DNA of 64,000 bases from Minisyncoccota bacterium (GTDB lineage Bacteria > Patescibacteriota > Minisyncoccia > Phycocordibacterales > UBA9973). The translations under genes and the position numbers were made by a program. Positions 27,556 through 37,732 of the stretch are shown here, piece by piece; position 1 is the first letter of the stretch, and every line of letters begins with the position of its first letter. The stretch spans positions 19,405 through 83,404 of the forward strand of contig JBAYKP010000003.1 of NCBI GenBank assembly GCA_041664465.1, written 5' to 3'. The notes under the pieces are model-generated. The model searched no databases. It was not told where the DNA came from and worked only from the letters and a program-made list of their open reading frames with translations.

Positions 27556-29496
27556 TTACCAAATATTCAAAATTCTTTCCGTATTATCCAGTATTACTCC
27601 ATCTTTCCAACTACAACCAGCTTCAAGTATCTCCTTTCGTGGCATTCCTTTATCTAATTGGGTGGTATTTTTATCTGATTGATCAATAAATGCTCTATAA
27701 TTATAACTAATTATAGAATCACCAGGGAAACCACCACCATTAGCCTCTCTTCCATCTCCACCTTGGTAATGCCCTGTATATATATTTGGGTCATCATTTA
27801 TTTGTTTTATTTTTCCATAACCTGGAAAATTATTGAATTTATTACAATCTTCTCCTGCTACACCCAATGTTGTAATTCTATCACCAGTGAATTTGTCTAT
27901 TGTTTCATTTCCAAAACCAAAGGTGGCGATACTTGCAATTTCCCCTAAGAAATTAACAGTTTTATTTACTTTTCTAATAATAACAGCATCTTTGGTTAAT
28001 TTTCCATAATAATATCCAGATATAACTTTAAATCCTGCTGGAGTCATTCCTCCTTCTAGTTTAGTATAATCTAGATATCCAACATTATCATTTGTATAAG
28101 GGAAGCTTCCACCTGTTGTTTTTGTATACCAAGGGTTACCGTGTCTCTTCCAACTATTAGCAATAATCATTGCCGGAGTTACTTGGTCATAGCACTGATT
28201 TGTTAATCCGTCTATCTGGCTTATGAAATTTTTATTTTGTTCTATTTCATTATTCAAAGTAGTTAAATCCTCGGCTGTTCTAAGAGTAGAAGAGACGAGG
28301 TAGAATTTGCGAAGCAGTACTGCCAGTCTAGCCTTTTCATCTTCTGTGAAGACTAGTGGATTCTTCTCTATTGCCAAGCATTTGTTTTCAATAACGGTTT
28401 GTGTGATAGGGTTAATAGCCGGATTATTGTTATCTGGTGGAGTTCCTGTGTCAGTGTTTGGAGTAGTAGGATTAGCAGGGGCAGTTTGGTCTGGTGGAGT
28501 AATAGGATTGAAGGCAGGTGCTCCAGGTGTACCAGGAGTGCCTATATCTGGGGTATTTACGTTGAAGTTTATTGGACCAAAGATTGAACCCCAATAATCA
28601 AGCATATCCATTGGTATATCATTTAAAATCTGAGCATTTAAATAGTTAATCATATTCATCTGCCCATTACTTAAACTTCGATTACCATTTACAGCACTTA
28701 AGATACTAGAACTTAGACTTCTGATATTATTTTTCTGAGTATTACTTAGGTTGGTATTTGTAGATAAAAGATTTAGAAGTTTAGTATTCAAACCATTTAG
28801 AGTATTTCTTTGCAGGGTACTCATGTCTTTATTATTTGCAGAGTCTCCTATACGAATAGAGCCATTGACCGCATCTACTTTTATCACGCTTCCTACAGGG
28901 ACTACAAATGATGGAGAGACTGGAGCATTCTTGGTCATTCCTCCATATATTTTATCGCTTAGATAAAGTGGATTGTTTGCTATCCAGAAAGTCCCCTCTT
29001 TTCTATTAGTAGGGACTCCACTCAGGATTCCTTCTATTATTACGTCCAGCATTGCACCTTTAGTCATATCTTGCCCTGCGACGCCAAAGACTAGAGATTT
29101 GTTCTTGTCATTTGCTATTGCTTTCATTACTATTGGGTCGTCATTTTTATTAAACCCTGCGATATAAAGTACATCACCCTTTTTCAAACTCTCTCCTGCT
29201 TCTGCACGGACGACTTTATTACCATTCACATCGGTAATTACTACACCCGCCCTTTTCTTTACGGCCGGAGTGGTATCTACTACAGGAGTGGTAGGGGTAG
29301 TATCTATTACTTTCACATCTTTCCCCTTAGAAGATCCTAATAATGGAGAGAATACTTTACTAATAGAGAGAGAACCCTTCGCTCCGAAGTATTGCTCTCT
29401 ATTCTTAAAGAAATAATAACCTGCTACTAAAAGTATCAGAATCAGTATGAATGTGATGATGAATGCTTTGCTTTTTTTAGGGTTATTGTTATCCAT
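27556..29496 (-). CDS. membrane-anchored large hypothetical protein with Pro/Thr-rich linker
   Basis: N-terminal TM helix; TPGTPGAP...NPTTPNTDTGTPPD linker; no recognisable family. Confidence 0.5.
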   Translation of the reverse strand: MDNNNPKKSKAFIITFILILILLVAGYYFFKNREQYFGAKGSLSISKVFSPLLGSSKGKDVKVIDTTPTTPVVDTTPAVKKRAGVVITDVNGNKVVRAEAGESLKKGDVLYIAGFNKNDDPIVMKAIANDKNKSLVFGVAGQDMTKGAMLDVIIEGILSGVPTNRKEGTFWIANNPLYLSDKIYGGMTKNAPVSPSFVVPVGSVIKVDAVNGSIRIGDSANNKDMSTLQRNTLNGLNTKLLNLLSTNTNLSNTQKNNIRSLSSSILSAVNGNRSLSNGQMNMINYLNAQILNDIPMDMLDYWGSIFGPINFNVNTPDIGTPGTPGAPAFNPITPPDQTAPANPTTPNTDTGTPPDNNNPAINPITQTVIENKCLAIEKNPLVFTEDEKARLAVLLRKFYLVSSTLRTAEDLTTLNNEIEQNKNFISQIDGLTNQCYDQVTPAMIIANSWKRHGNPWYTKTTGGSFPYTNDNVGYLDYTKLEGGMTPAGFKVISGYYYGKLTKDAVIIRKVNKTVNFLGEIASIATFGFGNETIDKFTGDRITTLGVAGEDCNKFNNFPGYGKIKQINDDPNIYTGHYQGGDGREANGGGFPGDSIISYNYRAFIDQSDKNTTQLDKGMPRKEILEAGCSWKDGVILDNTERILNIW

Positions 29497-29518
29497 AAAT
29501 TTTTATTGATTATTATTT

Positions 29519-32467
29519 TTATCTCGTTCTAGCCCGTTCCAAAGTATTACCTGTATTTGTAGTATTAGTCTTAGGAACAGTAGATGGGGCGACATAGTTC
29601 GGGCAAGCTGGATCTTGTGCATCTGTCAATCCATTCAAGTCGTTATCTATACCGTCATTACAATTCTCCTCGGCCTTGCTACCTCTCCCTAGTATACCGT
29701 CTGCATCGAAGACTTGGATATCTTCTTCTTGTAAACAGCTGGCATATTTAGCATCGTATTGTGCTTTGGTTAGAACTTTCCCGCCCGTTCTTGTGGCCTC
29801 ATCATTTAGTATTTTTACCAAGTTGGCATCTCGGCGATCTTGGGCAGCTTTTATTATTCCACTAACTTCGTCTCTTATAGGCTGGAGTTTTGCTATGTTT
29901 ATCTTTGCTTGGGCCACTGCATCTGTATATTCTTGTATTTTCTGAGAAGTTTGATCATTGTAGTATAGTATGTCTTTTGTAAAATCGAGACCATTCTGAG
30001 CCATAGGTACATATGAAGGGTTCTTTATCTCCCTTATACTTGTTTCAGTATCATTATACTCTCTAGTCATATTATTAAAATAGACTTTATTCATCATTTT
30101 ATCAAAAACTTCATAAAAATTCTGGAACAAATAACTGTTGGTATAATCCGTAATAAATTTTTGTAATTTAACTGCTTCATTAAATTTAACCCCACTTTTC
30201 CACACATAACTATTTGTTCCTTCATTTTTAGTGCCAGTGAATGGGCCAAAGTAATTTAGGAACCAAGCCACTGCATTTGAGTCTGCTATTTGTTTCCATA
30301 CATTTTTGTTATTATCAAAGATTTTTGACAGATTTTTATATGTTGTACTATCTTCACGATCTATTTTCCACTCCAATCTATCTATGTCACCTTGATTTAG
30401 TGGGCCAGTATAGATTGAATTTACCCAATCTTGGTATGCACTTTGAGCATCTGTGGAGTTCGTCTTATAGCTTGGGTTGGGTCCGGGGATACAATAGTCA
30501 AGCTCTCCTAGACTCGTCATTACTTTTGGTAATACTCCAAGTACTTCTTTGGCTGCTACTATGTAATCTTGCTGAAGCTGGATGACTCCTCTCTTGGCTA
30601 TTGGGCTTTGTTGCCCTTTTTTCCAATTTTGCCACGCACTTCCATCCCAGAATGCCCTGTCTCCAACTTCCCAGCCATTATAGCCATCAGTCATAAGTTT
30701 TGTTTTCCCTGCTACAGTCACTGTATAAAATGGATTTACTGGATAAGCAAGTTCTTTTATCTTAGTCTCATTATTATAAGTATAAATTTCTGGAGCAGTG
30801 CTAGGATACAATCCGATAGTAATATTTATATCTTTTGGATAAACTTTAATAGCATCGCCAGAAAGAGTGGCTTTATTAGTATTAGCATTCCAAGTTCCGA
30901 GATTTGTCGTAGCACTATGTATATAAGTATTACCTAAATCACGAGTCAGATTGAAACCATCATAAGCACCGTTGTTGTCATAAGTAGTACCACCTTTTAA
31001 TGTATTCATATTATCAGTCCAGCTAGTAGCCACAGCAGAGTCTGAAAGACTTGTAAGTCCTCCACTTTGAAGCTTGGATATTAATGCTGAGAATAATACG
31101 TTTAATCCATCGTTTATAGTTTTGACAAGCTCAAGCTGGCGGTCTGGAGAATTTAAATAATTTCCAACTTTATCTTTAATAAGACTTCCTGGAGTTATTA
31201 TTTTTTCTTTAGCACAGGAATTTGGTTTTTTACGTTCTGCATCTGTTGGATTTTGTGTTTGTACTCTCTCTTGATGAGTTCCTCCTCCTTCATTTGCATC
31301 TCCTACCTCTTGATATAACCAGTCATTGGTTTTTGTATCTATTCTATACCACCATATACATTCCTTCTGACTCATGAAACCATTATTCTGAGCTATTTCG
31401 GCTTTTTGGTCACTCACTACTTGCGTTTGCATATCACTGAGATATTGGTTTGCGAGCATATTGAAGCCGAGAGGATTATTCTTCTCTCTTTGAGTCAATG
31501 CTAGCCAGCCGTTCCACCCACCGAGAGAGAAATCTCTAGCGAAAGCGTTATTGGCATCTTGAGCATTTCGTAAAGCTTGTTGCGTTTTTTCTGCTTCAGT
31601 AAGTTGTTTGTCACTGTAGTAGGACTTTGGATTTGATATAAAGTTCCCTAAGTCTGATTGAAGCCCGCCAAGGAATCTGGAAGAGCTAGATACTATACCT
31701 TGGCTGTTGATAGTAGACCGAGCGAAGTCTGCTGCATAAGGGTTTGCATTCTTCGGAGCGAGCATTATATCAATACCTGTTTCTACAACATTTTTTTCAA
31801 TGTTGTATGTAAGATTTCTCATGTTTTGAACGAATAAAGGATTGCCTCCATATCCAGAATTTACCCAGTTCATAGTGCTACGGGCCATGGCTGTCAGTTG
31901 GTTCTTTGCAAGAGTAATAGCGATACCATCAAAACAGTCGTCTTTCATTTTTTTTGCTTTTTCTTCTTCTAGTATTTTAGCTAGAGTATAGCCAGATTCA
32001 GGGTCGTTTGTTCTTGTATATGCCTCGCAGAATTTAACTTTTTCAGCAGTAGTTTTTGCTGCATCTGTTAAATTATTAACTACTGGAGTAGTTCCTGCTA
32101 TTAATTGAATTCCAGCTTTTATTGCTACACATGTATTATTTGCGAGTTTTATTACAGCATCTTTTTGTACTTTTATTTGTGCTGCTCTCTCTTCTGGAGA
32201 TCCTACCATAGCAGTCATAAATTTTGCAGTTTTATTCACAACACCAGTACAGCCGACGACGCTTGTAAGCATTTGAGGGTTAACCACATCAGAAACTTTA
32301 AATCTATATGGATTGTTTGGGCTACTTTGATTTGGATTAGAATATAAACTTGCATTAGATCCGGCTGAAGTGGCAGCATTTAAGTATGAAATAGGTAAGA
32401 CAAAAGCTAACAAAACAACTGAAACTATCAGAGGTGAAATTATTTTTGTAATAGTTTGTTTTTTCAT
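29519..32467 (-). CDS. very large secreted hypothetical protein (982 aa)
   Basis: N-terminal signal peptide, Asn/Thr-rich; no recognisable family. Confidence 0.55.
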   Translation of the reverse strand: MKKQTITKIISPLIVSVVLLAFVLPISYLNAATSAGSNASLYSNPNQSSPNNPYRFKVSDVVNPQMLTSVVGCTGVVNKTAKFMTAMVGSPEERAAQIKVQKDAVIKLANNTCVAIKAGIQLIAGTTPVVNNLTDAAKTTAEKVKFCEAYTRTNDPESGYTLAKILEEEKAKKMKDDCFDGIAITLAKNQLTAMARSTMNWVNSGYGGNPLFVQNMRNLTYNIEKNVVETGIDIMLAPKNANPYAADFARSTINSQGIVSSSSRFLGGLQSDLGNFISNPKSYYSDKQLTEAEKTQQALRNAQDANNAFARDFSLGGWNGWLALTQREKNNPLGFNMLANQYLSDMQTQVVSDQKAEIAQNNGFMSQKECIWWYRIDTKTNDWLYQEVGDANEGGGTHQERVQTQNPTDAERKKPNSCAKEKIITPGSLIKDKVGNYLNSPDRQLELVKTINDGLNVLFSALISKLQSGGLTSLSDSAVATSWTDNMNTLKGGTTYDNNGAYDGFNLTRDLGNTYIHSATTNLGTWNANTNKATLSGDAIKVYPKDINITIGLYPSTAPEIYTYNNETKIKELAYPVNPFYTVTVAGKTKLMTDGYNGWEVGDRAFWDGSAWQNWKKGQQSPIAKRGVIQLQQDYIVAAKEVLGVLPKVMTSLGELDYCIPGPNPSYKTNSTDAQSAYQDWVNSIYTGPLNQGDIDRLEWKIDREDSTTYKNLSKIFDNNKNVWKQIADSNAVAWFLNYFGPFTGTKNEGTNSYVWKSGVKFNEAVKLQKFITDYTNSYLFQNFYEVFDKMMNKVYFNNMTREYNDTETSIREIKNPSYVPMAQNGLDFTKDILYYNDQTSQKIQEYTDAVAQAKINIAKLQPIRDEVSGIIKAAQDRRDANLVKILNDEATRTGGKVLTKAQYDAKYASCLQEEDIQVFDADGILGRGSKAEENCNDGIDNDLNGLTDAQDPACPNYVAPSTVPKTNTTNTGNTLERARTR

Positions 32468-32546
32468 TCTTAATTCTTTACCTTTATAATTAGTAATTGT
32501 TAATTATTAATCAGTAATTACTCTCATTATACCATTTTATTATTAT

Positions 32547-33431
32547 TTATTGCAAAATTTCAGATATTTTCTCTAGGTCTGTTCCCAATGCGTCATTATA
32601 CTTTTTATAGTTCAGGATTCCTTTCATTCCCCCGAGTGGGTCACCCAGCATTGTGGTAAGACTATGAATAGTTTGGCCAGTTTTCTCGTAATTGTTGGAT
32701 GCATTTAATTGTAAATCTGCAAGAGCTTTGGGGACGGGGACTTTTATGAATTCTTTGCCGAAATTTTGGTATGCGATGGCGACAGTCTTGGCAGCATACA
32801 AGGCTTGTGGGTCTTTATTGTTTAATCCTTGAATGATGAAAGTGAGCTCATTGCCAATATCGGCATCTTTATATTTAGTTACGAGCTTGCTCAGATTGTT
32901 TTGATAAGTAGTATTGGCAATAGCAGAATCATTCACTATACTCATCATATTGCGAGTATAAATATCCTTGATCTCTACAGCTTTTACATTATCCCCTATG
33001 GCACTAGTAATAGCGCCCAGTGATTCATCGTTGAGAGATCCTGTCTGTTGTAATGATACAATTGCGGCGAAAAATTCTTGAGATAAGACTTCGTTATCTG
33101 TGATAGTTTGAGATGGATCGGCTGATAGTGGGTCGTTGTTTTCTGCTAAAGTTTTCTTTTTGGCTAGGATAAATTCTTTATTCTCTGGGCCATTTTTATA
33201 AGGGTCGAGACCCCAGAGATACTCCTCCCAGTCGGCTATGCCGTTATTATTGCTATCTTTTTGGATGATTTCTCCGATGGTCACTTTTACAGGTTGACGA
33301 ACTGAGGGCTTTTTATTTTTAAAAAGAGAAATAACCCCTTTGATAGAGAAGAATATGATAATCAATATTATTATGAAGAGAATAATTGCTTGGAATTTTT
33401 TGCTTGGGAGGTAATTTTTATAATCACTCAT
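32547..33431 (-). CDS. membrane-anchored hypothetical protein
   Basis: N-terminal TM helix; tail gene of the surface-protein operon. Confidence 0.5.
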   Translation of the reverse strand: MSDYKNYLPSKKFQAIILFIIILIIIFFSIKGVISLFKNKKPSVRQPVKVTIGEIIQKDSNNNGIADWEEYLWGLDPYKNGPENKEFILAKKKTLAENNDPLSADPSQTITDNEVLSQEFFAAIVSLQQTGSLNDESLGAITSAIGDNVKAVEIKDIYTRNMMSIVNDSAIANTTYQNNLSKLVTKYKDADIGNELTFIIQGLNNKDPQALYAAKTVAIAYQNFGKEFIKVPVPKALADLQLNASNNYEKTGQTIHSLTTMLGDPLGGMKGILNYKKYNDALGTDLEKISEILQ

Positions 33432-33533
33432 AAGATCAATAAATGGTTAATTAAGAATTTAAAATACTCTATTTTATATAGAAATACTATCTTAATAATA
33501 CAACTTATTTTTAAAATATCCTAATCTTTTATC

Positions 33534-34433
33534 CTAATTTTTTATAGAAAGATTGGATATTTCTATCCATTTTTCAAATTTGATATCCTCAGCTCTTGCC
33601 TTAGGATTTATATCTAATTTTTCAAATATTTCATCTATTTTATTTATATAAGGAAGTCCGACTTCCTTAATTTGTATGTTTGGAAGTCCGACTTCCAAAT
33701 TTTTACGGAGGACTTTTCTTTTATGAGCAAAGCCTGCTTTGATAAGTTGGAAGAATGAATCTTCTTCATTTTTATTTTTGAAAAATTTGTTGGAAATATC
33801 TCCTATGTGAATAATTGCCGAGTCCACCTTAGGAGCTGGGGAGAAGAATCTTTTATGAACTTTCATTATGTATTTTGGTGTGCTGAAAGCTTTCACGGAA
33901 AGAGAAAGAATACTTTCCTTCTCATCTCTTGCTACAATTCGCTCGGCTACCTCTTTCTGGACCAAGAGAGTCATACTGACAGGCTTTGGTTCTTCACTTA
34001 AAAATTTCCTAAGTATTAAACCGGTGATGTTGTAAGGAATGTTGGCGACTATCTTATAGGTATTAATTCCTCCCCTCCTTACTAAGGAGGGGACTGAGGG
34101 GAGGTTCTTAATTAATTCACCCCTCCCTAGCCCTCCCCTTAGTAAGGGGAGGGGATTAAAATTTAAAATATCTTCATTTAATAAAATTAGTTTTCCAGAT
34201 TTTATTTCTTCTGTGAATTTTTCATTAAGTATTTCTATCAAGTCGCGGTCTTTCTCAACCGCAATTACTTTCCTCGCTCTCTCTAAAAGTTTCTCTGTCA
34301 GTGCCCCCTTCCCTGGGCCAATTTCAACAACTATATCTTTATCATTCACACCACTCATCTCGCACATCTTGAAAAGCGCCTCTTTAGACTTCAAGAAATT
34401 CTGCCCCATACTTTTCTTTGCTTGATGAATCAT
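33534..34433 (-). CDS. rsmA: 16S rRNA (adenine1518/1519-N6) dimethyltransferase carrying an in-frame repeat insertion of about 32 aa
   Basis: MGQNFL, VEIGPGKGALT SAM motif, NIPYNI; the insert [32 protein letters not shown] is encoded by repeat family 1 copy 3. Confidence 0.8.
   Translation of the reverse strand: MIHQAKKSMGQNFLKSKEALFKMCEMSGVNDKDIVVEIGPGKGALTEKLLERARKVIAVEKDRDLIEILNEKFTEEIKSGKLILLNEDILNFNPLPLLRGGLGRGELIKNLPSVPSLVRRGGINTYKIVANIPYNITGLILRKFLSEEPKPVSMTLLVQKEVAERIVARDEKESILSLSVKAFSTPKYIMKVHKRFFSPAPKVDSAIIHIGDISNKFFKNKNEEDSFFQLIKAGFAHKRKVLRKNLEVGLPNIQIKEVGLPYINKIDEIFEKLDINPKARAEDIKFEKWIEISNLSIKN
34065..34157. repeat. GC-rich palindromic repeat family 1, copy 3, in frame inside rsmA
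   Basis: aattcctcccctccttactaaggaggggactgaggggaggttcttaattaatt...ccctccccttagtaaggggagggg. Confidence 0.6.
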
Positions 34434-34434
34434 A

Positions 34435-36372
34435 TTATAAGTATACTACCTTCTCTCCACCTTTTGAATAACTCTGCCTGAATTCTGTCAGGTGAACTGG
34501 GATGTCGTAGATGAATTCACTCGGAGTATTTACTTGTTTCATTCCGAAAATTGTACGCAATGTTGTATAAGTAAGGAAAAGTTTTTTCTCTGCTCTTGTG
34601 AGTGCCACATAGAAAAGTCTTCTCTCTTCCTCTTTATCTTCTTTCGTTCCCTGACCTGTTCTTGCATGTGGAAATAAATCTTGCTCAAGCCCCGTGACGA
34701 AGACATATTTGAATTCTAGCCCTTTCGATGCATGCACTGTCATCAATCTGACTCCGCCAGTTTTAGCTTTATTTATAAGGCTATCTTGGTCACTTGAAAG
34801 TGAAGCATCTTCTAAAAGTTTTTCTATTCCATTCTCCATTGTGTCATATTTTATGGCGAGAGTTACAAGCTCTTTCATATTTTCTAATCGTTCCATTTCT
34901 TCATTTGTACCATGCGAGAGTTCCTCTTCAAGTCCCGACTTCTCTATTATATATTTTATTATTTCAGATGGTTTATGCGTATCAATATACTCGTGAATAT
35001 TTTCTAATAATTCATAGAATTTATTTATTTTAATTTGCATTCCCGCTGGTAGTTCTGCGAACTGACCCGCGAAAAGTTTCGTGAGTGTCACCTTCCCTAC
35101 TCCACGAGCCGGAGTATTTATAATTCTTTTTATATCTGTTAGGCTTTCTTTATTCAAGCTTGCTTTAATATATGCGATGACATCTTTGATTTCTTTTCTC
35201 TCGAAAAATTTTACCCCAAGGACTTGGTAAGGAATTTGCCGAGAGAGCATTGCCTCTTCTAAGACGCGGGATTGAAAGTTCGCACGGTACAAGACTGCTA
35301 TATTCTCTGGTTTATTTTCTTTTAGGAGTTCATCTATTTCTTCCGCTACAAAATTTGCTTCTGATGTTTCATCATAAGCTTCGCAGACCACTATCTGCTC
35401 GCCATCTACATTTTTAGTAAATAAAGTTTTCGGTACTCTATACTGATTCTTCTCTATCACACTATTGGCAGCTTCTATTATCTTTCCTGTGGAGCGGTAA
35501 TTCTGCTCAAGCATCACAATCTTGGCATTCGGATAATCTTTTTCAAAACGAATCATGTTTTTAATGTTCGCTCCTCTCCATGAGTACACACATTGATCTT
35601 GATCCCCAACAATACAAATATTTTCATCTTTACTTACTAGAAGCTTCGTCATTTCATACTGCACTTCATTTGTATCTTGATACTCATCTATATGCACATA
35701 CTTCCACTTCTCTTGATATTTATTTTTAACCTCTGGAAACTTCCGCAAAATCATTACAGATTCCAAAAGTAAATCATCAAAATCAAGCCCTTTTTCATTT
35801 TTAAGTCTGGCTTCGTATCCACCCCAGACGAGGGCTACAATACTTTGCATGCTACTTTTCACCTCTCCTCTATAATTAGGAAGTGTAATAAAGTCACCTT
35901 TGGCTTTGGAAATAATACTTTTAATTTTCCTTGGCTCGTGTTGCTTCGGGTCTATATCGTGCTCTTTCATCACATCTTTGATAATAGAGATAGCGTCACT
36001 CTCGTCTATTATAGAGAAGTGCTTGGTAAGGCCTATCAGGTGGGCATTCTCTTTTATAATATGTACTCCAAGAGAATGAAAAGTAGAGACAAATGGAGTC
36101 CCCGCGCCAGAGCTTCGCTCTGGCGCACTTATCCCATGCCTTTTGTCTTCCAGTAGCATCATCACTCTATCTCGCATTTCCTTGGCAGCCTTATTTGTAA
36201 AGGTTACTGCCAGAATAGAAGAAGGATTCACTCCTTGATGTATCAAATGAATTATCCTGTGTGTTATCGTCTTCGTCTTCCCCGCCCCCGCCCCTGCTAC
36301 TATCAAAAGAGGCCCATCTGTATACAAGACTGCCTCTTTCTGTTTATCATTCAATTGCTCCAAATATTGCAT
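34435..36372 (-). CDS. uvrD: ATP-dependent DNA helicase UvrD/PcrA family
   Basis: GAGAGKTKT Walker A, DEYQDTN, QNYRST helicase motifs. Confidence 0.85.
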   Translation of the reverse strand: MQYLEQLNDKQKEAVLYTDGPLLIVAGAGAGKTKTITHRIIHLIHQGVNPSSILAVTFTNKAAKEMRDRVMMLLEDKRHGISAPERSSGAGTPFVSTFHSLGVHIIKENAHLIGLTKHFSIIDESDAISIIKDVMKEHDIDPKQHEPRKIKSIISKAKGDFITLPNYRGEVKSSMQSIVALVWGGYEARLKNEKGLDFDDLLLESVMILRKFPEVKNKYQEKWKYVHIDEYQDTNEVQYEMTKLLVSKDENICIVGDQDQCVYSWRGANIKNMIRFEKDYPNAKIVMLEQNYRSTGKIIEAANSVIEKNQYRVPKTLFTKNVDGEQIVVCEAYDETSEANFVAEEIDELLKENKPENIAVLYRANFQSRVLEEAMLSRQIPYQVLGVKFFERKEIKDVIAYIKASLNKESLTDIKRIINTPARGVGKVTLTKLFAGQFAELPAGMQIKINKFYELLENIHEYIDTHKPSEIIKYIIEKSGLEEELSHGTNEEMERLENMKELVTLAIKYDTMENGIEKLLEDASLSSDQDSLINKAKTGGVRLMTVHASKGLEFKYVFVTGLEQDLFPHARTGQGTKEDKEEERRLFYVALTRAEKKLFLTYTTLRTIFGMKQVNTPSEFIYDIPVHLTEFRQSYSKGGEKVVYL

Positions 36373-36395
36373 TCCCTTATTGTAGCATTTTATTT
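36305..36395. repeat. 91-bp direct repeat, copy 1 (native uvrD 5' end plus upstream region)
   Basis: near-identical to 37642-37732 (2 mismatches). Confidence 0.6.
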
Positions 36396-36406
36396 AATTT
36401 AATTCT

Positions 36407-37537
36407 TTAGTTATATTCTTCTAGATTCTCTAAATATTTTTCTGCATTTTTTATTTTTGCACCAGATTTAGAAACCCTCTCTGTTTGTAGATTATATACT
36501 ACTTGCGTACTTTCCACTTTGTATTTTTCTCTGAAATATTCCAAGGTTTTTGATATACTACTATCAGAAACTTTTGCTTCAATGATTTCTATTAAATTAT
36601 TTTCACTATCTGATAAGGCAAAGTCCACCTCTTTCTTTTCTTTGGTCTTTAAAAATCCGAGAGAATATGAGGCTCCATCTCTATCATTTTTTAATTTTAT
36701 ATGTTTATACAAAGCAAGTGCTACGAAGTTTTCGAATTTTGCACCAACATCATTTATCAAAGCATAATCAAAGAAATAAATTTTAGGTTCTTTTAAGATT
36801 GAACGAGAAATTTTATGAGTGTATGGTTTTATTATAAATATAATATATATTGCTTCCAATATCTCAATATATTTTTTTACCGTAATAGAAGAAATCCCTA
36901 TATCTCCTGCGATATTACTATAACTTATAGGTGAGCCTACTTTATTTTTCAAAGATTGATATACAAGACGAATAGCATTCACTTTATCTATATCTTGAAA
37001 TTCTAAAACATCTTGTCCCAGAAGACTCTCAGTATATAAACTACGCCAACGGTTTACATCTTCATTGTTGCTGGCTAGTAATGGCTCGGGGAACCCGCTT
37101 CTTTCCATTAGTAAGCTTGCAACATTCTCTATATCACTTCCTTTTAATTCACTCAGAGTAAATGGGAATAGATGGTGGACATAGAATCGTCCAGCCAGCG
37201 AATCCCCCACTTTTTTAAATGCATCCATTCTAGCACTTCCAGTCACTAGTATGTGTACTGATGAAGATTTTGTATCATATACTCCCTTTAAATAATTTTT
37301 CCATTTTGGCATTTTATGGATCTCATCAAACACAATTAGATCAACATCAGGGAGCCAAGCTTCTTTTCGAATTATTTCTCGATGGTCACTGTTATCATAA
37401 TTCAAATAAACAGGATTTTTATATTCCTTCATTATCTCTTTGGCCAGCCAAGTCTTCCCCACTTGTCGTGGTCCCACAATAAAGACCATTTTCTTTTGTA
37501 AATCGGAGAGTATTTTGTTGTATATTTTCCTTTTCAT
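36407..37537 (-). CDS. AAA+ ATPase with C-terminal DUF4143-like domain
   Basis: Walker A GPRQVGKT, Walker B LIVFDEIH; flanked by the 91-bp direct repeats. Confidence 0.7.
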   Translation of the reverse strand: MKRKIYNKILSDLQKKMVFIVGPRQVGKTWLAKEIMKEYKNPVYLNYDNSDHREIIRKEAWLPDVDLIVFDEIHKMPKWKNYLKGVYDTKSSSVHILVTGSARMDAFKKVGDSLAGRFYVHHLFPFTLSELKGSDIENVASLLMERSGFPEPLLASNNEDVNRWRSLYTESLLGQDVLEFQDIDKVNAIRLVYQSLKNKVGSPISYSNIAGDIGISSITVKKYIEILEAIYIIFIIKPYTHKISRSILKEPKIYFFDYALINDVGAKFENFVALALYKHIKLKNDRDGASYSLGFLKTKEKKEVDFALSDSENNLIEIIEAKVSDSSISKTLEYFREKYKVESTQVVYNLQTERVSKSGAKIKNAEKYLENLEEYN

Positions 37538-37641
37538 ATATTTATTATTATGAATTATACTTAAATCTCATATACGACTATTCTATACTACTATATAGAA
37601 TAGTCAAGACTATTCTATATTCTCCTTAATTTTAAACAAAA

Positions 37642-37732
37642 AAAAGAGGCCCATCTGTATACAAGACTGCCTCTTTCTGTTTATCATTCAATTGCTCCAA
37701 ATATTGCATTCTCCTATTGTAGCATTTTATTT
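37642..37732. repeat. 91-bp direct repeat, copy 2 (duplicate of the uvrD 5' end)
   Basis: near-identical to 36305-36395; overlaps the stop of ORF 37727..38035. Confidence 0.6.
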
